A DNA stretch of 64,000 bases from NCBI GenBank assembly GCA_951406725.2, contig OX597817.1, positions 64,232,001 to 64,296,000 of the forward strand, in the 5' to 3' direction. Position numbers and translations under genes: made by a program. Under the pieces are notes generated by a model. That model was not told the origin of the DNA and searched no databases. It saw nothing but the letters and a program-made list of their open reading frames with translations. How positions within the stretch are numbered: the stretch's first letter is position 1; each line of letters starts with the position of its first letter. The DNA is from Octopus vulgaris (Eukaryota). Of the stretch, positions 40,710 through 54,178 are shown piece by piece.

Positions 40710-41735
40710 GAATGCCGTCTAGAAGTTTTGAGACATTTTTAGAAGAGTCCTATATTATTGTAATTTCAGTATATTATTACTATTCATCTAGTAAGCTGAC
40801 CTGCCAACTTGTGTCATTCCAGATTGAAGGAGATGGCTGCAACTGCACTTTGAACACACCAAAGCTAACTAGTTTGCAGAATGCAGTCGGGAAGTGAAGA
40901 CAATTTGGAAGCTCGCCCTGGAATAAAATTTTGTGTTAAACTGCGTAAAAACACTACAGAAACTTATGAAATGCGGCGAGCTGGCTGTAACGTTAGCACG
41001 CCGGGCGAAATGCTTAGCAGTACTTCGTCTGCCGTTACGTTCTGAGTTCAAATTCCGCCGAGGTCGACTTTGCCTTTCATCCTTTCCGGGTCGATAAATT
41101 AAGCACCAGTTACGCACTGGTGTCGATTTAATCGACTTAATCTCTTTGTTTGTCCTTGTTTGTCCCCTCTTTGTTTAGCCCCTTGTGGGCAATAAAGAAA
41201 TAAGAAACTTATGAAATGCTCCATTCTGCTTATGGATTAACTTGTATGAGCCGAGCATCCGTTTATCGCTAACACAAGAGGTCAAGCAAAGCAAGTCGAC
41301 CGAGAAGCTCATGATAATTCCCTTTTTTGACAGTGAGGACATCATCGACATCCACTGAATTCCCTGTAGCCAGATGATCAACGAAGAGTACTTAGTGGAG
41401 GTTTTAAGGGGGTTCAGGCAGATATTTCGTCGCAAACGGCCTGAGCACTAGCACCAGGACAATGCGGCAGTCCACATTTCCATTCTGATGACCAGCTGTT
41501 TGACAGAGATGGGCACCAAACCTTGCTCCCTATCACTTTGGTTGTTCCCCAAGCTGAAGGAAACGAAGAAGGCTGTGACAAGTGCCCTGGACACCTTCAC
41601 TTTGGAGAACTTCCATGGGGTCCTAACGAAGTGGCTAGAGCGCTTCAAGTGCATTGAAGTCATAGGATCCTATTTTAAAAGAGATTAGCGTTGTGTGTAC
41701 TGCTTTGAAATTAATAAATGTTTCTTCTGAAAAAA
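40710..41735 (+). mobile_element. Deleted mariner element interrupted by a SINE
   Basis: GIKFCVKLRKNTTETYEM start, KLMIIPFFD and HQDNA motifs. Confidence 0.75.
40972..41210 (+). mobile_element. SINE family A, full length, 17-bp TSD
   Basis: TSD agaaacttatgaaatgc at 40958-40974 and 41203-41219. Confidence 0.95.
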
Positions 41736-42350
41736 GTAACCAAAATTAATAAGTGTCTCTCCTGAAAAAAACAAAGGTAGCCAAAATGAGAGACACCGGA
41801 GGGATGTGACACCAAAGTGTCATCATTTTTATCATGTGACCAAATGAAGTAGAGGAGCAGACGATATATCGCATCAAGAGGCAAGAGAAGACCGCTGAAT
41901 GATATTTTATTTGTAATTTATTTTATGATATAATGACGTGGTTATTTAATTTTTATATTATACATATTTTTTTTTTTTTAAATATGGGGAATAAAAGGAA
42001 AATAGCGCTATTCTATTGCTAATCGAGCTAATACATGCATGCACTCAAACGTACATACATACATGCATGCATACATATATACATTCAGACATAGTGCATA
42101 CATGCATTCATGTATATGATCGTTGTCCACTCGTGACCGAAGAAGACCATCACAAGCCATTAAGAAAATTGTGCACCCAGGAAAATTTATACTTTACATT
42201 TGTGGCTCCGTAGGTGACTAATAAGCCCAGCTCTTAATAAGCATACGCACACCAAGTTTTCCCATTTATCTTCACTAGCAGTGTTTTTCGAGTTGCTCGC
42301 TTAGATCCTTCAAGAAAAATGCATGTTTTTTCGAAAACACCAACTCTTTC

Positions 42351-42572
42351 TACATTATTTACATTATTTACATTTGACGGATATTTGTCCTCATCTTGTT
42401 TGTTGTTGACACAACGTTTCGGTTGATATACCCTCCAGCCTTTATCAGGTGTCTTGGGGAAATTTCGAACCTGGTTTCTCACTCCTAACATCAAACAAGA
42501 TGAGGACAAATATCCGTCAATTGTAAATAATGTAAATAATGTGCATAATTCCTCATCTCTTAAATATAGAAC
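42351..42572 (-). mobile_element. SINE family D tail with mutated hammerhead and inverted terminal duplication
   Basis: HHR 42409-42452 (CTGATAA, G8 mutated); arms 42351-42407 and 42487-42542 are inverted. Confidence 0.85.
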
Positions 42573-42985
42573 TATACCAACCCTTTGTTTTACATGTTTC
42601 GTCCATTGGTGGCGATGTTATTTGTGAGGTATTTGAATGTTATTTCAAGAGATCAAGTGGCCACGTACAGGTCCCTTGACTGGCTCACGTTGTTAACGAT
42701 GTTGTTTAGCTCTGATCAAGCAGGCCTGTGAGCAAAGATGTTCAAGTCATGACCATCCTGTTTCTTTCGATACATTAAGGATTACATTGTTCAATGTATT
42801 AATTAATTAATAAATGAGATTTGGCTACTGTTTCTAGCAGGTCGAGCGAGAGTTTAATGGTGCATTCATTGGTTTGTTGTTGTTTATTCCCATGTTAACG
42901 CTAATGGATCGAATCTATGACCAAAGACTTTCTAGTTTTGATTATAGAGTCTTTTTAGCGGTATATTGGACTACATTATCTAGTA

Positions 42986-43461
42986 CTAGCACTAGTGCTA
43001 GTCAAGCATATTTGGTCTTTCATGAAAATCCCGCTCTCTTGATAAATGATAACACATGATAACGTGTCTTCGCAAAATACAAAAATGAGCTGAGTCATAC
43101 AGACTGTCTGCAAATGCCCACGCACATTCAATTGTCAAGGGTAAAATTATCTCCGTCCAATCAAAAAACAACTGGCAGTCTATTGGCGTATCTAGCTGTA
43201 CACACGCACCGCGTACAAATTCTATATTTTAGCGATTTTGATTGGATATGCCCATAACTTATGGGCATACGGGGGTCGGTTTATCGATTTTTTAATGGTT
43301 TTCTGGGGTGACTGGGGAAATAAAAAGATCTTCACAACCACTCTCAGACAGTTTTGAAAGCTCATAAAAAATGTGAGCGTTTTACATGAAAAACTGTGGA
43401 TTTATATAAAGGATACACAGACACACAGATACACAGACATTTTGCCGTTTATAGATATAGA
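42986..43461 (-). mobile_element. Helitron inserted into a (CAA)n-tailed repeat copy
   Basis: 5' TCTATATCTATAAACGGCA plus (TGTC)-like tract; 3' ctagcactagtgctag; the host repeat resumes after 43462. Confidence 0.65.
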
Positions 43462-44551
43462 AAATTAAGAAAGGGAGGCATGATTTGAGGGAGATTTTGT
43501 TGCAATTTCTAGCACTTTGAGCGACGACGTAGAAGTTTCCTTCTTGGCTTCTTGCTTTTGATGGAGCCGATTAATGATAATGTTGCTGTTGTCGTCGTCG
43601 TCGTCATCTAAGCTCCAAGTTAGACTTGATCGAACAGAACACTTGTATGTATACCTCGGTCAATCTTAGCTAACATTGTCTTTTCTGTTTTTGAAAAAAG
43701 AAGTTAGATTTAGAGAAATTTGGCTGCTATTTTTCGCAGATTGAGCGATTACGTAGAGCATCACTTGCTACTGCTGACGGTTCTGACGGCAATGATGATG
43801 ATAACGGTGATGATTGTAATTGATCTTGTGAAGGAAGTAATAATTATGTAGATAACACTAGTTTCCTCTTTCAACATCTACATCCATACCTTTCTAATTT
43901 GTTTTGTGCGTTTCTAACCTTCTCTTTGTACGCACCCAGTCAGGCTTCTCTTTATTTCTCGGTTAATTCCCCACCCCACTTCATCATTTTTATTCACAAT
44001 TTCGCTCGTCTCCAGTTTCACACATACACACACATAGTTACACACACACACTTATGATTGTGCAACGAATCCAACGATGACGCAACTTTATTTATATATC
44101 CTTATTATTTCCAAATTTTTGATCTGCAGCTTCGATTCTACAGCTTCGGGCGCAGACGGAACGTGAAAATATTTGGTTGAGGAGGTCAAATGTAACTCAA
44201 CGTAGATGTCTCTTTTCTCGCTTCACTTAGCCATGCGGAAGGCGTTTTTTTTCTCCCACAGATTCAATCACACTTCATCGGCGAGAAAGCTAGTTAATAC
44301 CAAACACTTGAAAATGCTGTCTTCCATTCATGAAGGGCTAATACTGTTCCTTTAAAGTAGTTATCAGATGATCTTTAAACCACTCCTTTGGTTGTCCAGT
44401 TAGACTAGTGGTTCTCAACCGGCGTCCACATGACCCTTGGACGTGGGGCATATAAGATCTTGTTAAAATTTATGTGCAATAAATTGGTTATACATCTACA
44501 ATATACACAAACTATTTTAACAATTTTCTACACAATTCCTAATAACTATCG

Positions 44552-44890
44552 TGAAGGCGCAAGGCTCAGTTTTTAGAGTGTCGATTTTACGATCGTTAGG
44601 TTGTAAGCTCAAATCCCGGACCGGGCTGCGTGTTGTGTTCTTGAGCAATACACTATATTTCACGTTGCTCCAGTTCACTCAGCTGTAGAAATGAGTTGCG
44701 ACGTCACAGGTGCCAAGCTGTATCGGCCTTTGCCCCTTTCCCTTGGATAACACCGGTGGCGTGTAGAGGGGAGGCCGGTATGCATGGGCGACAGCTGGTC
44801 TTTCATAAACGATCTTGCCTGGACTTGTGCCTGGGAGGGTAACTTCCTAGGTGCAATCCCATGGTCAGTCATGACCGTAGGGGGTCTCAG
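44552..44890 (+). mobile_element. tRNA-derived SINE family C
   Basis: tRNA-like head ggcgcaaggctcagt...agctcaaatcccggacc then gtgttgtgttcttgagcaa domain; second partial copy at 45548-45695. Confidence 0.8.
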
Positions 44891-44899
44891 AGAATCTTC

Positions 44900-45195
44900 T
44901 ATCTTTTACTTGTTTCAGTCATTAGACTGCGGCCATGCTGCAGCTATCGATCTCTTTTGCCGAACTGCTAAGTTACGAAGGATGTAAACACAACACCGGT
45001 TGTCAAGCGGTGGTGGGGGACAAATACAGACGCAAATACACACACACATACGTCGGGCTTCTTTTCAGTCTTCGTCAACCAAATCCAGAGGCTATAGTAA
45101 AAGACACTCAGCCCAAGGTGTCACGTAGTGGGCCTGCACTCAGAACCATGTGGTTGGGAAGCAAACTTTTTACCACTCAGCTACGCCCGCGCTTA
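44900..45195 (-). mobile_element. SINE family B
   Basis: Reverse-complement match to 52553-52897. Confidence 0.85.
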
Positions 45196-45879
45196 CCTTA
45201 TAAAATATTTAAAAATATAATCGGATTCTTTAAAACATCGTATGATTATGGGGAGCCGGTAGAGTAAAATAAAATTCAAAAGAGTTCACAGGTAAAAATA
45301 GTTGAGAACCACTGAGTTAAACGCTGACCGTGAGGCAGCTAGCCATAGAGGATCCAACAGGGAAGACATGACTCAGCCATACGCACTACATGTTCAAGCA
45401 ATCTCAATGTATGCCTGTATAGTACGGATTCAATGCTGCTTATGTTGGTTCGGTCAATTTGTATATGTGATCGAATCCCGCCACGTGACTAAAGGATTTT
45501 CAGAACCACTGGATGTTAAAACCATTCTCAGTTTTGTTGTCTTCTCTAGCTGTAGAAATGAGTTGCGACGTCACAGGTGCCAAGCTGTATCGGCCTTTGC
45601 CCCTTTCCCTTGGATAACACCGGTGGCGTGGAGACGGGAGGCCGGTATGCATGGGCGACTGCTGGTCTTCCATAAACAACCTTGCCCAGACTTTGTATGA
45701 TGAGAAAGACATTCTGAGCTCTTAAAAGGCAATAGTCTTGAGTGAAGCAGTTAAAAATCTCGTCTTTACTTTTTCAGGTATCTGAATCGGAAGATTAAGG
45801 CTAGTCGTCGCTATTATACCGAGAAAGTCGGAAGGAAGCAGGAAGATGTAGTGTGCCAATGGCAATTAACCTTTTTTTG

Positions 45880-46360
45880 TAGCTGTTTTAGTTAACTGTA
45901 ATGCCCATTCTTTTAAAAGATGTAACGGCTGCCGAAATCATAATCTGTATGGTCTCCCATACATAACGCGTACTACTAAACCAGTTTTTATCATACAATA
46001 TGTCATTGATCTATTTAGATGCTTCTTGATGGTGGTCTGTTCTGCATCTTTCTGATGTTGAAAACACTCCCGTTATCCCCCTGGGCCATTGGTCTATTTA
46101 GATGCTTCTCGATGGTGGTCTGCTCTGCATCTTTCTGATGTTGAAAATATTCCCATTATCCTCCTAGGTGACAGAACTGTTACAGACAAGAGAGAGGCAG
46201 ATATTAAATGGTACAGGAGTCAACACACAGCCTTGCCCAACACCCGATTTTACTCTGAAGTGCTCAAGTTTCTGGCATCCAACAAGTTAGATAAAGTTTG
46301 GTAGCTGTTACAACAGTTTCTTCCATCAGCACCAGAATATATCCACACTTCTCCAATTAC
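45880..46360 (-). mobile_element. Degraded LINE RT fragment with an 83-bp tandem duplication (46004-46169)
   Basis: Minus strand GVGQGCVLTPVPFNIC; duplicated unit starts at 46004 and 46087. Confidence 0.6.
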
Positions 46361-46392
46361 TCCCCGGTTTCTACCCCCTCTCCCTGTGTCTG

Positions 46393-46530
<138 letters not shown>

Positions 46531-46670
46531 CGTCTACCTATCTACCTATCTATCTATCTCACTTTCCCCACCTCACTCTTTGCTCTGCACCCTAAAACAT
46601 TTCTCTACATTTCTCGCTTAATCAGCCATCCCCTTCTTTCTTACACATACTTTCTCTTATTCTCTTTCCG

Positions 46671-46745
<75 letters not shown>

Positions 46746-46892
46746 CTGCATACGCTCTATTATTCTGTGTATATGTGTATAAATATATGTATGTTTGTAT
46801 ATATGTATGTGTCTCTCTCTCTCTCTCCTCACACACACACACACACACATATATACATTACATACTTACACACACATGCCCACATACTTACG

Positions 46893-46937
<45 letters not shown>

Positions 46938-47719
46938 TCTGCAGTTCTCTGTTTTTTTTATTATTCCCTTTTACATGTATGTAAAGAGTGGAGTTAAAAG
47001 CAGGAGTGAAAAAATGGTGCGTGTGTAAGTGCATGAGCAAGTACCATGTATGTGCTTGGGTGCATGAATCTGTGCGTATTTGTGAGGTGGTGAGTCTGCA
47101 CGAATATTAGTCTACTCATCTCTTCCTATCTTTTACCCCCTCTATTTCTCTCCGTCCTCTTTTTCTTCTGTTATCATTTTTTTTCGCTCTATCGGTTTTC
47201 ATCTCCATGATACCTTAGTCAAAATAAATACATGAGATGGCACGTGAAGATAAACACACACACACACACATGCATATATATATGCGTGTGTATATATATG
47301 TGTGTGTGTGTGTGTGTGTATGTGTTTATACACACACACATACAAACATACATACATACATACATACATACATACATACATACATACATACATACATACA
47401 TACATACACACACACACAGGTACCTACTCTTTTTCTGTTAATGATGTTGATGAAAAGGTGTTGTTTACCTTGCAACTGTGACTACTCACGTGTTGCAAGT
47501 CACATGTCAGAGCATGAGATGAACTGCTGAAATTTACCCTAAAACTTCGGTTTCACTTACCTCCGTTCCTCCGCCCCTCCCCTCGTAATGCTTTTCGTTC
47601 TCTCTCTCAACATACCTCTCCTTTAATAAGTGAACCTGCGAACCACCAAGAGTTTCTACGCGGTCGCATAACCTGTTAAAGATAACAGCAGAATTTTTCC
47701 TCTCATAATACATTATACA

Positions 47720-48034
47720 CAGGGCCGTCCTCACAGTATTATAGGACCCCCTTAACCCAAGCATATCAATGCTCTATGGCCAGTGGGGTAGCTAGAGTGT
47801 ATGCTAACCTAGGCAGCCCTTGAGTTTGCTCCCTCGAGAGCTCCAAGCCTATACAGGCTTATATGGAAGACCCAAAAGTGCCGCCCATCCCCATAAAAGC
47901 GTTACCCAGGCGGGTTGCCCCCTCGACCCCTAGTAACGCTACTGTCTAGTTCATAGAATACATAGCATTGAGTCTCAAAACTAATGGGGCCCACGGATAA
48001 TTCCTCAATATGTTCATGCCATTAAAAGTCTCTG
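47720..48034. mobile_element. hAT-like MITE with a nested MITE at 47781-47944
   Basis: Outer CAGGGCCGTC...CTG with imperfect TSD attataca/actttaca; inner cagtggggtagctag/ctagtaacgctactg. Confidence 0.55.
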
Positions 48035-49499
48035 ACTTTACAGTCTTAAAGAAGAAAATCTTAAAAAATGTGCCCCTAAGGATTCTGAACCTTCCAAAAA
48101 GATAGACTTGTTACGGTCGGCAAGCCTTTGATCGTAGGTCTGATCGATTAGAGCTCTGACCCGCAGCGAAATAACGCCCACGTCATCTCTTTGTCGACAC
48201 TCCTCGCTTAACGATCGTCAATAGACAAACTCATATTCAACAACCTCTCACTCGACAACGCCCTACTTCATCATTCCAGAATCTTTCACCTGACACCACC
48301 TCTCATCCATCGTCATGCTACTCCGCAGCAACATTTGAGCCTACACTTCTTCCCAGCCAATAACCTGCATCCAAGTAAGTCTCACACATCTTGAAGATGC
48401 TATTTGGCACTGGTTTACCGGATTTTCGGCTCATTTCCTCTGTATTTGTTTATTTTCTTTCTTTTTTCTTTCTTTCCTTCCTTTCTTCTTCCCTTCTTTC
48501 CCTTCCCTTCCTTTCATTCTTTATTTCTCTCTTTCTTTCATTTTTCTTTCTTTTTCCCTTTCTTTAAGCGGCTAGACTGAGGAAGAGAGATGTAGGTTGA
48601 GTGGGAAGATGTTTCTGTTGCTGTTATATAACCTCATGGGTAATGTTTTCTTCTTTCGATACACCACATCCTGTGTTGTAAACAGTGATTAAACATTGCA
48701 TCCCTCAGATGTTGACTAGATAGACATCGTTAAGTTGGGCTAAAGCATATTTAATACTTTGGAATATTAAAAAGGCTTAAATGCAAGATAAAACTGTACA
48801 GTGAGTGAAAAAGATATTAGTCGATGGCTAATATTTGATATATAATTCATATTCATTTAATGTAGGCGGCCGGAAAAAAGAGTACACAATACCATAGTAA
48901 AGATTAATAATAGATTATATTTAGGTCGAGTCAGTCTCTTGCTACACTGAGTTTCATCTGTGGATGCAGAGGCTCTTCAGACAAGTTATAACTGAAATTA
49001 TGAGAGTCATAACTTGCCACGATGGTGGATAAGATTAACGGGGCTGAAAGCAGACACTTCCCACTTCGGTCATCTCTTCAACCGCTTCTTCGAGTTCCAC
49101 TTAAGGACGCAGGTGAAGATGGAGAGAGTGGTGCTGTTGTCTGGTAAATTTGCTGAAAGGTAGATGAAAGTGCCAAGAATGATTTAGGTGAATGGACCTG
49201 CTATCAGTATACACTTGTAGGACGAAGAACCCAACTGGGAGAGGTTATATACCCCAAGAATCTTGAATCTGAAGAGCTTCTTGATTGGATCTAGTTAGGT
49301 GCTTTAGTATTGGGACGTTTCAAGTGTTTTATACGTGTTTTCCCTTTTCCCACGCCTTTTCTTTTTATATAATCTATTCTGCTTAAACACCAATCCTTTT
49401 TAGAATTTGTCCTAGTAATATTCCTTTATTTGTCACCTTTGTAATAAATAAAAGAAATTATAATTATTTTCTTTTAACTCAAGTTTTGTTGGAATTCCT

Positions 49500-50180
49500 G
49501 GAGACTTGCATGCGTAGTGGGCTTGCTACCTGAAGCCTACGGTACCATGTTATCTGTTCTTTTCAACCAATACTTTCCTGATGATTCTGGCCGTGCTAAG
49601 GAAGCAAAACTTTTATAATAACTCTACTGGGTACTCTATTCCGATTTCCTTTATATTGCTCTTGATGCCTTTTGATACTGTCCCCAAGAACCGAACAATA
49701 GTTGGCACCATCTTCACTTTCTTCATTTTCCACAATCAAGCTACCCCGTATTTAACAGGATTGTATATGTCTATTTTTTCACCTTCTTTCTTCACTATTC
49801 ATGTGTCAACATCAGTTATAGAGCACATGTAGTTCACCTTATCTACCACTACTAGGCCCTGCTTGCTGTACTCAAGCACTTGATCTGTTCGTATTGGGAA
49901 ATCTCACAGGACTTTTCAGGTCTTTGATTCCACCACTCTCTGTGGTCTGTGCTCATACGACGTCTTGCCACTCTCTCTAGCCCCCACTTTTCACAAAGTT
50001 TCCAGTGTAACACTTTCGCTACTTCATCGTGTCACCGCAACTCATAATGGTTTTGGGCATTCGTATGGTATGGGCAATGGTTTCGTCAACTCTGTTTACA
50101 GATTTTGGCATAGTGGAGACACTTGCTCATCTTAAAGTTGACCCTCCAATTTGTGGCTAAAGCTTCGTCTTGCGATGCCC
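49500..50180 (-). mobile_element. R4/Dong-type LINE C-terminal remnant
   Basis: Minus-strand RPDLVVVD-like (RPSSGR frameshifted), VPTIVRFLGTV and CFLSTARIIRKVL motifs. Confidence 0.65.
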
Positions 50181-50211
50181 TTATTGTTATTGTTGCTGTT
50201 GTTGTTGTTAT

Positions 50212-50625
50212 GGCGGCGCGCCGGCAGAATCGCTACCGCACCAGACAAAATGCTTAATGGCATTTCCTCTGGCTCATTACTCTCTGAGTTCAAATGCCAC
50301 TGAAGTCGGCTTTGCTTTTCATCATTTCTAGGTTGATAAAATAAGTATAAGCGGAGCTCTGGGATCACTGTAATAGACTTACATGCTTTGTGATAGACGT
50401 ACCCCTCCTGTAAAATTGTTGGCCATCAGCCAAATTATGAAACTATTATTTAGGCTGTGAGCTAGCAGATTCGTTTGAGCGCCGGGCAAAATGCTGAGCA
50501 GTATTTCTTCAAGCTCTTTACGTTCTGAGTTCAAACACCGCCAAGGTCATCTTAGATTTTCATTCTTTCAGGAGCGATAAAATAACTTGCAGTCAAGTAA
50601 TGGGGTCGATGTAATCGAAAGGTCA
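50212..50625 (+). mobile_element. Two tandem SINE family A copies
   Basis: Two heads (ggcggcgcgccggcagaatcg; ggctgtgagctagcagattcg), each with tctgagttcaaa and a tttcat...gataaaataa domain. Confidence 0.8.
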
Positions 50626-50849
50626 TCCTTTCAAGATCAATATAATAAAGGGACAACTGATGACCTTGTGCAAGATTTAAAGAGATTTCTGCTGCTACGT
50701 GGTATTGGCGTTGTAACTGGTTTTGTTATACTTCTTATCGAACTAAAATACGTGGTCTAAAATGAACGGTACGTTTGTACCGACTGTATAAAAGTCTTTT
50801 TCTACTCCTCATATTTGTTGTATTGTATCGAGAACTTACCAAATAATCC

Positions 50850-52530
50850 TTGCTGAATCAAGTAAACAGTTTTTTTCTGCGCTGCACCCTGTACCGGATT
50901 AATTTCTAGTTTTCCAAAGTTTGCTCTCAAAAATGTTTGTTATGGTACCCAAGCTCCCAATGATAATTAATAGGATTATGACTGTTAACCTTATTATTCC
51001 AGCATTTGAAGATTTCATACTTCAAGTTGGTATAAAACACAAATTATTCTTTTCCTTGACTTTAGTATCAAATGAGCATACCATGTCGATTACAGTAGAT
51101 AGATTCTTCTTATTCACGATTATAACATCCAGGTTGTTGTGTTTTATTCTCCCTTTGATTTGTATAAGGAAGTTCCATAACAATCTCACTTTATCATTTT
51201 CGAGGATTTCATCACTATTCCCATAAAATGGCTACAGCTGTTTTCTGTGAATGCAAAATTCCATTGAATTATTGCAGCATTTTTATCATGTCTATACTTT
51301 TGTGAGCTAATAGTGGACTTTCCGATATACTGTGAGCTACAGTTTTCTCTCAACTATCGTAAATTCTACATTCAGGTGAATAACCCTGTTGGCTTATTCT
51401 TGTTTATTTGGGGGGGGGGGGGCTTGTTCCTGTGCTGTTAAAAATCATTCCTTCGATCTCTTTCTTCAATACTTCGTTGTTTAACCAAAACCATGTCCAT
51501 GTCATTCCTTATTTCTTGTTCTTGTGAGCAAAAAAAAAAAAGGAAAAAAGAAAAGAAAAGAAAGAAAAGAAAAAAGAAAAAGAAAATGCTAAATGAAACT
51601 TCTTATCTTCAAAGTTTGACTCCCGTGTTTTGTTTTTTTTCATATATTCCTGCTTTCACATTTAAAATTCTTCAGATTTTTAAGAACTTTTTCTTCTAGA
51701 TAGAAGCCTATACTTGTTTTCTGTTGTTCTACCACTTCATCATTACTAATTATCCCTTTATCTCTTTTTTGTTCTTTTCCAGTTTAACCATTCGACATCC
51801 GGCTAGGGGGTGCATGTTGAGCTGCTTCCTCGGTCTTTTTGTCGATATCCTTCTGCTCATCCTGTTCCATATTTTATTAGAGATACTATTCTCAGCATGT
51901 ATGATATTTCAAACAATTTGGATTTTAAAATCCTCTTCATTCTTCAAAATTATTCTTTATCGAGGGCTTCCTTTACTTCCATACTTTTGGTTTTATCACA
52001 TTCTAGTATTCCCAACTATTTATCACATTCCACTATTCCCAACTATTTATGTGTTTCTTCTACATATAATGTCTTATATTCTCGTTATTAGGTAGATCTG
52101 TACAAGTATTTCATTCATTTTCTCCGTTTCACCTTAATCATCGCAGACGTCTCGGTTCTGAATGTCATCCCAATGTTACAACTAAATATTCTTGCAATAT
52201 TCTTTATCTATCTTGATTGTACAGCCTTAAATCATCCGTAGTCATCTTTTCCCCTATTCTTTCCCAATAAGCATCTTCTCTTGGTTTTGTTTACAATAAT
52301 CAACAAAAGGATCAATGTCACTACAAGCAAAATAGGGGAGGAGTTTTCTTTTAGATATTTGCTTACTGTCTGCGATATTATTGCAGTTAAGAATTTGTAG
52401 TTTGTAGGAAGACATGGTATAAGTCTGTAGTCTTGCGGATTCGTGGTTTTTGTAAACATGGTGATTGAGATGTGTTTCCGCTCCGTAAGCCAGTCAAATG
52501 TCGTCTCTGGCTACACTAACATCTAATTAA
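50850..52530 (-). mobile_element. R4/Dong-type LINE remnant (RT N-terminus to RLE)
   Basis: NPQDYRLIPCLPTNYKFLTAII at 52232-52459; DKVRLLWNFLIQIKGRIKHNNLDVIIV near 51100-51190. Confidence 0.75.
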
Positions 52531-52552
52531 ACTTCTCTGCTAGCATCTTATG

Positions 52553-52897
52553 CGCGCAGGAGTGGCTGTGTGGTAAGTAGCTTGCTAACCAACCACATGG
52601 TTCCGGGTTCAGTCCCACTGGTGGCATCTTGGGCAAGTGTCTTCTGCTATAGCCCCGGGCCGACCAATGCCTTGTGAATGGATTTGGTAGACGGAAACTG
52701 AAAGAAGCCTGTCGTATATATGTATGTATATATATATGTATGTATGTGTGTGTATGTGTTTGTGTGTCTGTGTTTTTCCCCCTAGCATTGCTTGACAACC
52801 GATGCTGGTGTGTTTACGTCCCCGTCACTTAGCGGTTCGGCAAAAGAGACCGATAGAATAAGTACTGGGCTTACAAAGAATAAGTCCCGGGGTCGAG
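52553..52897 (+). mobile_element. SINE family B reference copy
   Basis: A box tggctgtgtggtaag, B box gggttcagtccc, internal microsatellite; at least 8 copies in the window. Confidence 0.9.
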
Positions 52898-53627
52898 TAA
52901 AAGAGTATACCTGTTACACATTTTAACCGGGCAATAGTGATCTTGTCATATCTGGGTACCGTCCGGTTGTTCGTTTTTTCAATTCCTGTGTTATATGTAC
53001 TGTTGTTACAGATGCCCACGTTCTGAGTTCAACTCCACCAAGGTCATCCTTTCGAGATTAATATAATAAAGGACAACAGTGTCGACAAAACCTTTCGCCT
53101 CAAAATTGGCCATGTGCCTAAATTAGAAAACATTATTGTTGTTGTTAGTGGTGGTGGTGATGGTGCTACTGGTGGTGTTGGTGCTGGTGCTGATGGCGAT
53201 GCTGCTACCACAGTAGCCATATACAGTAGTTCATTCATCTGGTACCATATGGTAGGAATCTTGCCAGAGTGTTGACTGTTCTCTTGTTTTTGTTATTGCT
53301 GTCTAGAATTATAAACAAACAATAAATACATAAAAGAAAAGCAAACGAGTATTAGTGTTAATTACACCCACTACCGCCTACGCAAATAAATATCTTTCAA
53401 TTTACAGGTAGAATAAATGTTACGTAGCGGCTAACCCAAAACGTCCTGTCTGAATCAAAGACGTTTACTCGCCAACATTTTACTGCTAAGATTGTAATAT
53501 GATAAAAATGGCAAACAACAGCAACAGAAACAACGACGACGACGACGGTAACAGCAAATACAGCCACAACACAAACACTCATATATAAGTACATACTCAA
53601 GTCATTCTTCTCATTATGTATGCATAG

Positions 53628-53788
53628 GTAGGATTGGCTGCGTGGTTAGTAGGTTGCTTACCAACCCCATGGTTCCGGGTTCAGTCCGACTGCGTGGTAC
53701 TTTGGGCAAGTGTCTTCTATTATAGCCTCGGACCGACGGAAGACTTGTGAGTGGATTTGGTAGACGGAAATTGAAAGAAGCCCCTCGC

Positions 53789-53826
<38 letters not shown>

Positions 53827-54113
53827 GCGAGAGGGCTTCTTTCAATTTTAATATGCTGGACCACTGGTGTTAAATTGATGTTAATTAAATTAATACCCAA
53901 CTTCTCACCCTCATTTTAAATTTATATATATATGTATATGTATATATACATACGACGGGCTTCTTTCAGTTTCCGTCTACCAAATCCACTTACAAGGCTT
54001 CGGTCGGCCTGAGGCTATAAAAGAAGAAAGTTGCCCACGGTACCACGCAGTGGGACTGAACCCCAGAGCCATGTAGTTGGTAAGCAAGCTGCTACCACAC
54101 AGCCATTCCTGCG

Positions 54114-54116
<3 letters not shown>
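53628..54116. mobile_element. Inverted pair of SINE family B 5' halves (53628-53790 +, 53952-54116 -)
   Basis: Both match the 52553 head and body, in opposite orientations. Confidence 0.85.

Positions 54117-54178
<62 letters not shown>

Larger units (their letters stand above)
44406..45314. mobile_element. hAT-Charlie-type MITE containing two SINEs
   Basis: TIR (c/t)agtggttctcaac / gttgagaaccactg; 8-bp TSD agttagac/agttaaac. Confidence 0.85.
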
